DNA of 58,538 nt, taken from contig CADCBS010000001.1 of NCBI GenBank assembly GCA_902799715.1, positions 1 through 58,538 of the forward strand, read 5' to 3'. The notes below the pieces were generated by a model. The model saw nothing but the letters and a program-made list of their open reading frames with translations. It ran no database searches and was not told the DNA's origin. Positions 52,963 through 58,538 of this stretch are shown piece after piece. The translations under genes were made by a program, and so were the position numbers. The first letter of the stretch is position 1; every line of letters begins with the position of its first letter. Origin of the DNA: an uncultured bacterium. Its GTDB lineage: Bacteria; Verrucomicrobiota; Kiritimatiellia; RFP12; UBA1067.

Positions 52963-55352
52963 GGTTTTTTCCCGTTTATCGTTGTTTCCGGATGCAGACT
53001 TCCGGCTGTTTTCCCGCCGGGCATGGGCGTTTCCGCGAAACGCAGCCGGTCGAGATAAAGCGCCTGTACGGGCCGCACGCCTTTGGAGCCTGCGAAGCCG
53101 TCGCCCACATAGAGGTATGCGTCGTCCGAGAGCGCGGACGGGTCGAATTCGCCGATGTCGTACCAGGCGTAGCCGCCGGAGAGCTTTTCGGCTGTGTATT
53201 TGCGGGGGCAGAAGTGCTTCTTGGTCCGGGGGTCGTAGATTCCCGCTTCCACCGCGAGACCGCCGCCGCCGGGCGCGGGATCGGCGCGAAGGCGCATCTG
53301 CACGGAATAGCGCCTGCCGGGCGCGAACGAGACGCGCGACATGTGGAAGTTGACGGACCAGCGCGGACGCGAGTTGGCGATCTTCGCCGCCCGCCCGTCC
53401 TCCGCGAGCGGATCGTCGACGCGCGCGTTGCCTTTGCCTATGCGGCGCAGGTGCAGGGCCGAATCTTCCACGATGCCGTCCGTGCGCGCCCTGGCGGCGC
53501 CGTCCGCAATCTTCCGCCAGGCTGCGGGAATCTCGTTTTGGCGGCTGGCGATGCAGCTCAGGCGCATGTGCTTCACCTCGTCGAAGAACGCGAGCGCGCG
53601 GCGGGCGACGGCGCGCGGATCCGGCGCCGTCCCGGTGAAATCGAGGGCCGGGCAGCCGTTCTTGCGGAAATATTCAAGCCGCACGCAGTCCACGCCGAAG
53701 CGGGCCGTGCGCACGTTGAACTCGAGGATCCTGTCGCCCTTCACGGCGGCGGCAGCCTTTTCAAGGAGAGCGTCCGCCCGGTTCCAGAACTCCGCCGGGA
53801 TGTCGGGGCCCGGTATCTCCTGGTGGCAGTTCAGCCAGCGTTTCGCATCGGCCGAAGTGCTGGCGATCTGCAGGCGGTGCAACTCTTCGAAGTATTCGCG
53901 CACGAAAGGCGCGCCCGCCCCGTAGAATCCGGCGAAGAAGTCGTCGAGCAGCGGCTTCATCGGCAGGTCGGGGTTCCACATCCACTTTGCGAGCAGCCAC
54001 GCCTTCAGCTCGGCGAACCCGGCGTTGCAGCCCTGGCGGTCGCCCTGCTCGAAGAGGGCGTAGACGCCGTTGTCGCGGAAGAACTGCACGTTGCCCTGCA
54101 ATGCGTACGCGTTCGGGAACGGATACGGGTAGAAGATGAAGTCGGTCGTGTAGTCCCACACGTACAGTCGGGAAGCCTGCGCGCGCCAGGCCTTGATCTC
54201 TTTCGCGAACTTCACGTTCTCGCGGTACGGGGAAACCGGCAGCGGGCGCGAGAAGTCGCATTCCACGGTGCAGAGGCACGGCATGACGTTGTGCCGCAGC
54301 TTCGTCTTCTCCGGCGGCTTGCGCGTGTACTGGTAGGCGAGCATCTCGACGATCTTGCCGGGGAATTCCTTCTCCACGGCCTCGGCGACGGCGTTCACGA
54401 ACCGCACCATCGTGCCGGCGTGCGATTTCTCCTCGGCGTCCACGGCCGCGCACGAGGGGCACTCGCAATAGTTGAACCAGTCGTTCTGGCTCACTCCGTA
54501 GTAGTCGGCAGACGGATCCTTGCGGATGCGCTCGAGGACGTTCGAAGTCACGATGCGGAGGACGTCGGGGTTCGTGAGGCACAGCTGGGTCTTGTCCTTG
54601 CGCCGTTTCCCCTTCACCATGCTGAAGTACTCGGGATGCGCGTCGAAGTACTCCCCGGGCGGCAGCAGAGACTGGAACGTGTGGCAGCTTGGGAGGTCTC
54701 TGCCGAAGCGTCCGGCGTGGCCGCCGTGCTTCGCGTCCAGGCGCATCGATGGACCGTTCGCGCGGTTGCGGGCGGCGAAGTCGCCGTTGAACATATCCCA
54801 CCAGAACGGTTCGCGGTGCGGGAACGCCGGCTTCTGCGAGTCGTCGAGGCCGTCCGGCACCGAAAAGACGTCGCGCCTGGGGACGACCGTGTGCCACGAT
54901 GCGTACCAGCGGCACCCGCCGAAGCGCTCCAGGAGTTCGTACACGCCGTACAGGACGCCGCGCTTCCCTCCGGCCACGAAAACGCCGTCCGGTCCGGCTT
55001 TGAGCCTGAAGCCGTCGTCTCCGAGACCGGGAGGGCACGGGACGCGGGGCGCGGACGGGGACGAATTGATGAACACGGCCCGCCGCGGGATGTCCGCGGC
55101 GGCGCCCGCATCGACTATCGGCAGGCGTACGCCCGTCATGCGCTCCGTGAAGTCGCGCAGCTCTTCCGCCGCATACGCCTCCGACGGCGACGCGTCCGCC
55201 GCGCGCACGATCGCGCAGCCGGGCGCGCGCCCGCGCACGGCTATGTCGAACGCCGGCGCAGGCGCCGCAAGCAACCCCGCGACGATCGACGCCGCAAGCG
55301 CCGGAAGCGCGGCAGGACGGAATACGGCACTTGATTTCTGAAGGTATCTCAT
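52959..55352 (-). CDS. DUF4838-like secreted glycan-active protein
   Basis: Signal peptide MRYLQKSSAVFRPAALPALAASIVAG. ...GVLYGVYELLERFGGCRWY...CHTFQSLLPP...QLCLTNPDV...NDWFNYCECPSC pattern. Start ATG 55352; the upstream part of track ORF 52959..56237 is spurious. Confidence 0.8.
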   Translation of the reverse strand: MRYLQKSSAVFRPAALPALAASIVAGLLAAPAPAFDIAVRGRAPGCAIVRAADASPSEAYAAEELRDFTERMTGVRLPIVDAGAAADIPRRAVFINSSPSAPRVPCPPGLGDDGFRLKAGPDGVFVAGGKRGVLYGVYELLERFGGCRWYASWHTVVPRRDVFSVPDGLDDSQKPAFPHREPFWWDMFNGDFAARNRANGPSMRLDAKHGGHAGRFGRDLPSCHTFQSLLPPGEYFDAHPEYFSMVKGKRRKDKTQLCLTNPDVLRIVTSNVLERIRKDPSADYYGVSQNDWFNYCECPSCAAVDAEEKSHAGTMVRFVNAVAEAVEKEFPGKIVEMLAYQYTRKPPEKTKLRHNVMPCLCTVECDFSRPLPVSPYRENVKFAKEIKAWRAQASRLYVWDYTTDFIFYPYPFPNAYALQGNVQFFRDNGVYALFEQGDRQGCNAGFAELKAWLLAKWMWNPDLPMKPLLDDFFAGFYGAGAPFVREYFEELHRLQIASTSADAKRWLNCHQEIPGPDIPAEFWNRADALLEKAAAAVKGDRILEFNVRTARFGVDCVRLEYFRKNGCPALDFTGTAPDPRAVARRALAFFDEVKHMRLSCIASRQNEIPAAWRKIADGAARARTDGIVEDSALHLRRIGKGNARVDDPLAEDGRAAKIANSRPRWSVNFHMSRVSFAPGRRYSVQMRLRADPAPGGGGLAVEAGIYDPRTKKHFCPRKYTAEKLSGGYAWYDIGEFDPSALSDDAYLYVGDGFAGSKGVRPVQALYLDRLRFAETPMPGGKTAGSLHPETTINGKKP

Positions 55353-55360
55353 TCTTCCGT

Positions 55361-56728
55361 TCACTCCTGGCTCCTGCCCTTTCTGTCGAACAGATGCTCG
55401 AGCTCTTCGAGCGTCTTGCCTTTCGTCTCCGGGATGAAGAGCGAAACGATGAAGTACAGTACGCCGTTCGCGGCGAAGAAGAAGAACATGGACGACCACC
55501 CCCACGCCTCGACCCACGGACGGAACCACGACGCGAGGCCCCATGCGACAAACTGGTTCATGAAAAGCGCTATCGCCATCCCGTTCGCGCGTATGCGCCG
55601 CGGCATCAGTTCGGAAAGGACGAGCCACACGCAAAGCCCCGGCCCGAGCGCGTAGAAAACCTGCATGAAGAAGAATGCGAAAAGCGTGACGAGCCCGGTG
55701 GCGTTGTCCGCTTCGACACCGAACCGCTCGATCGCGAGGAACACCGAGCCGATCGTCGCCAGGCCCGCGGCCATGCCGAACGTGCCTATGCGCAGAAGCC
55801 ACGTGCGCCCTTTGCGGTCCACCAGCGCGGCGGCGGCTATCGTGACGAGCATGTTCGTGAGCTTCACGGCGAGCTGGCCCCAGTTCGCGTATATTCCCTC
55901 GAACCCGGAACTGTGCAGGATCGTCACAAGGTAGCTTGTGAACGAACTCATGCCGGTCGTCTTGTTGAACGTCAGTACTAGGCACGCCAGAAGGAACGGA
56001 ACCACGTAGCGGCGGCTGAAGAGCGAACCGCCTTCGGAGATTCCGGGACCTTGCGTTTTCCCGGAAGGCCCGGCGGACCTCTTTTCGATCCACACGGGGC
56101 TTTCCGGCAGCCTGAGGCTTCCGAGAAACAGCGCCGCGACGGGAAGCATCGTCCACCAGAAATTCGCGCCCCACGCCGCGACGCGGCCCTCGGCGTCGGC
56201 GGTGTCCGACGCGCCGTAGCGCATTGCGACGAGGCACCCGGCGCCAGCGGCGACGACAAGCCCCAGCCCCAGGCAGAACTGGAATACGCCCGTGCCGCGC
56301 CCGCGCACGTCCGCGGGGAGCGTCTCCGTGAGGTACATCGGCATGACGACCGCCATGTATCCCGCGCTCATCCCCTGGAGCACCCTTCCCGCGTAGAGCG
56401 TCCAGAAAGAACCTATCGAAAGGCTGACCACCGGAACCGCGACGAGGAACATCGCGGCGGAGACGACGATCATCCGCTTCCGCCCGAACCGGTCGGCAAG
56501 GACTCCGGCGGTTAGAGAGGCGACGATGCCGCCCAGAAGCACCGCTCCCACGATATGGCTTATCTGGCCTTCCGAGTAGACGCCCATCGCCTTCATGTAA
56601 GGCTCGGCGGCCGCGATCACGCCGAAGTCCACACCGTACAGGAGTCCGCCGAGCCCTGCTATCGCCATCAGGCGGCGGACGATCGTTCCGCTATCGGCTT
56701 TTCTGGCGTTCATTCCGTTTTCTTCCAT
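55361..56728 (-). CDS. MFS sugar porter
   Basis: LGGLLYGVDFGVIAAA...GVLADRFGRKR...PESPVWI...ELMPRRIRANG...PETKGKTLEELE. Classical sugar-porter signatures. Confidence 0.9.
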   Translation of the reverse strand: MEENGMNARKADSGTIVRRLMAIAGLGGLLYGVDFGVIAAAEPYMKAMGVYSEGQISHIVGAVLLGGIVASLTAGVLADRFGRKRMIVVSAAMFLVAVPVVSLSIGSFWTLYAGRVLQGMSAGYMAVVMPMYLTETLPADVRGRGTGVFQFCLGLGLVVAAGAGCLVAMRYGASDTADAEGRVAAWGANFWWTMLPVAALFLGSLRLPESPVWIEKRSAGPSGKTQGPGISEGGSLFSRRYVVPFLLACLVLTFNKTTGMSSFTSYLVTILHSSGFEGIYANWGQLAVKLTNMLVTIAAAALVDRKGRTWLLRIGTFGMAAGLATIGSVFLAIERFGVEADNATGLVTLFAFFFMQVFYALGPGLCVWLVLSELMPRRIRANGMAIALFMNQFVAWGLASWFRPWVEAWGWSSMFFFFAANGVLYFIVSLFIPETKGKTLEELEHLFDRKGRSQE

Positions 56729-56743
56729 TTTGCGGCGGAGCGC

Positions 56744-58375
56744 CTACCGGGCGATAAGGGCGGACAGCGGAACGCCGCCGCGCCCGGCCTCGTATATGCG
56801 GCGGACCTCGCCATGGCCGAGTTCGCGGGTCCACAGCGCGGCTTCGTCGATCGCGCCGGCGAAGTTGGACTTGTACGCGCCTGTGCCGTCCTGGCCCAGG
56901 CAGAAAGGCAGTCCCGTGGACAGCGCGGGCTTCGCGGCGTTTTCGGACATGCAATAGAGGTATCCGTCGCGGCCGCCCTGGTAGAACCGCACCGCGCCGT
57001 CGGCGCCGCGCGTCACGGCGTAGAAGACCCATTCGCCGTATGCGACGTCGTAAGTGCCGAGGTCGAAGCGCCCGCCCTCCGTTCCCGCGTTGAAGCACAC
57101 GCCGGGGACCTTTGCCGTATAGGCCTTCTTGGCGGCGATGAGCGCCACGCCAGGGTTGCGCCCGCTGTTCCAGTCCTTGTTCGACAAGACGACCGGGTCG
57201 CCCTTCTGCGGCGCGTCCATGCGCACCCAGGCCGCGAACGCGAAATCGCCGCCGTTTTCGAACGAGAGTTTTTCAGATCCGGCGAGGCGCACCCCTGACG
57301 GCCCCTTCGCCTTCGGGCCGCCGATCCGCAGGCTGCCGCCGATGAACCCTGCTGGGACGCCGCTGGCTGCGGCGCCGAACGGCCGGGGCGACACGTCGCC
57401 GGAAACGGCGTTGGCGGACTTCTTGCCGTCGAAAGGCAGATACGCCGCCAGGCCGTCGGACAGGCTGCGCGCGGGCGGGCTCGCCGTTTCGGCGCCGGCG
57501 GGCCTTCCGTCCAGATCCATGCCGGAAACGTCGATTCCGAAATGCGCCAGGGCCGTCGGGGCGGCGTCGTAGTTGTGCGGCGTGCCGGGGATCCGGCCCT
57601 GCCGCACGCGGCGGCCGGCTACGAGAAGCGGCACGGTGGTGGCCTGGCCGCCGGGCATTCCGTGGCTGCGCCCGTAGCCGCCGTGGTCGGCGGTTACCAC
57701 TATCAGCCAGTCCTCGGCGGCGAAGGTCGGGCGGGACGCTATTGCGGCCAGCACGCGGCCGACGGCGGCGTCTGCCTGCCAGAGGGCGTTGAGGTAGCCG
57801 GTGGAGTACGGGTAGAAGCCGCTGCCGTGGCCGCCATGGTCCGGCAGGTCTATGAAGTACAGCGTGCCGTCCGGCGCGTCGGGCGCGGAAAGGCGTTTCA
57901 CGGCCGTGTCGGCGGCTGCGGCGTCGGAACCGTGCACGAATTCGACGCGCGGGTCCGGGGAGAGTTCGCAGTCGGGCTTCCACGAGAAAAGGAAGAGCGC
58001 CTTGGCGCCGGGGCGGGTCGAAACCAGGCGCACGAGCCAGCTGGGCCACTTGCGGTAGTCGCAGCGCCTGAACTGGCCGTTGCTCTCCACATGCGTCTTG
58101 GCGGCGGTGACGCCCGTGGCGATTGAAGTGTGGTTGGGCGCGCTCGACGCCACGGCGTCCGGTATGGTGTTCGCGGAAAGAGACCATGCGCACTTGTAGC
58201 CGGGCTGCCATTTTCCGTCGCGCAGGGCCTGCAGGTTCTCCATGCGCGCGTTTTCGATCGCGTCGGCCCTGCAGCCGTCGAGCATAATCACCAAAGCCTT
58301 TGGCGAAGTCGCGGCGCCGGCCGCGCCAGCGGCGAGGGCGGCGGACGCCAGAAGCGGAATGTAGCGGCTGTGCAT
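56744..58375 (-). CDS. Secreted alkaline-phosphatase-superfamily (NPP/type I phosphodiesterase-like) enzyme with a C-terminal LamG/concanavalin-like domain
   Basis: Signal peptide. VIMLDGCRAD...SSAPNHTSIATG...DLPDHGGHGSG...VVTADHGG metal-site pattern. The C-terminal half has LamG-like motifs (FAFAAWV...WVFYAVT...IDEAALW). Confidence 0.8.
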   Translation of the reverse strand: MHSRYIPLLASAALAAGAAGAATSPKALVIMLDGCRADAIENARMENLQALRDGKWQPGYKCAWSLSANTIPDAVASSAPNHTSIATGVTAAKTHVESNGQFRRCDYRKWPSWLVRLVSTRPGAKALFLFSWKPDCELSPDPRVEFVHGSDAAAADTAVKRLSAPDAPDGTLYFIDLPDHGGHGSGFYPYSTGYLNALWQADAAVGRVLAAIASRPTFAAEDWLIVVTADHGGYGRSHGMPGGQATTVPLLVAGRRVRQGRIPGTPHNYDAAPTALAHFGIDVSGMDLDGRPAGAETASPPARSLSDGLAAYLPFDGKKSANAVSGDVSPRPFGAAASGVPAGFIGGSLRIGGPKAKGPSGVRLAGSEKLSFENGGDFAFAAWVRMDAPQKGDPVVLSNKDWNSGRNPGVALIAAKKAYTAKVPGVCFNAGTEGGRFDLGTYDVAYGEWVFYAVTRGADGAVRFYQGGRDGYLYCMSENAAKPALSTGLPFCLGQDGTGAYKSNFAGAIDEAALWTRELGHGEVRRIYEAGRGGVPLSALIAR

Positions 58376-58408
58376 GGACTATACCTTCCTTTGCCTGTTT
58401 CGATTTTA

Positions 58409-58507
58409 ATTCTACCAAACAGTCCGCTCCGCCGCAAACCGCACCCTTATCCCGGGAAATCCGGGATAAATTATCCCTGATGTCTGTCAGAGCCCTATAA
58501 AATAGGG
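58409..58507 (-). promoter_or_regulatory. Promoter/operator region of the glycan-utilisation operon
   Basis: Minus-strand extended -10 TGGTAGAAT (58409-58417). SD AAGGAAGG before ATG 58375. Upstream palindromes TTATCCCGG-N5-CCGGGATAA (58447-58469), a third TTATCCC half-site (58471-58477), and CCCTAT-aaa-ATAGGG. Confidence 0.4.
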
Positions 58508-58538
58508 ATGAAACAAATTTCTGCGACAGTAAAAAAGG

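Overview
GC-rich bacterial chromosomal window with about 50 protein genes and one tRNA-Lys. The protein families present (DUF1570-like, DUF4838-like, autotransporter-type beta-strand repeats, fused SecDF, fused MetX-MetW) suggest the PVC superphylum (Lentisphaerota/Kiritimatiellota/Verrucomicrobiota); this is inference only. Left to right: partial DMT transporter, VOC protein, YebC, radical-SAM activase-like, PssA and a zinc-ribbon protein (all minus strand). Then an 800-bp gene-free gap holding repeat array 1. Then an 11.6-kb minus-strand block: small PQ-loop-like membrane protein, TetR-MFP-RND-OMF efflux operon, and feoA-feoA-feoB-Cys-rich peptide operon. Then repeat array 2 in the divergent feo/folate-ligase promoter gap. 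Then 5-FTHF cyclo-ligase, NUDIX, an ABM lipoprotein, pta-buk, and a tightly coupled metXW-cysE-DUF1570-like-gluQ operon, followed by secDF. Next is a surface-glycan cluster (GT10-like, acetyltransferase, GT2, TupA-like ATP-grasp, deacetylase, Wzy/O-antigen-ligase-like), then tRNA-Lys, glgP and yidD. A divergent pair follows: a (TPVVS)n repeat protein and a 955-aa discoidin/beta-strand-repeat surface protein whose promoter carries a G9 tract. Then a DUF481 OMP, a B12-radical-SAM gene and a U32 peptidase. The window ends with a 10-gene minus-strand glycan/amino-sugar utilisation operon. The most unusual signal is non-coding. A 24-nt core, TGAGATTACGGTKCGTATGAAATC, occurs 12 times, always in the same orientation, in two arrays of six (4410-4993 and 16636-17193). 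The inter-repeat modules are reused and structured (types A, B, D). Each array also has one ~131-nt module that is partly homologous between arrays and carries a 7-nt GAC periodicity. The arrays are not canonical CRISPR and not coding, and no cas, transposase or recombinase gene is in the window. Many long ORFs in the track are antisense or out-of-frame artefacts of the GC-rich sequence and were rejected. All functional calls come from reading the motifs by eye; no database search was run.
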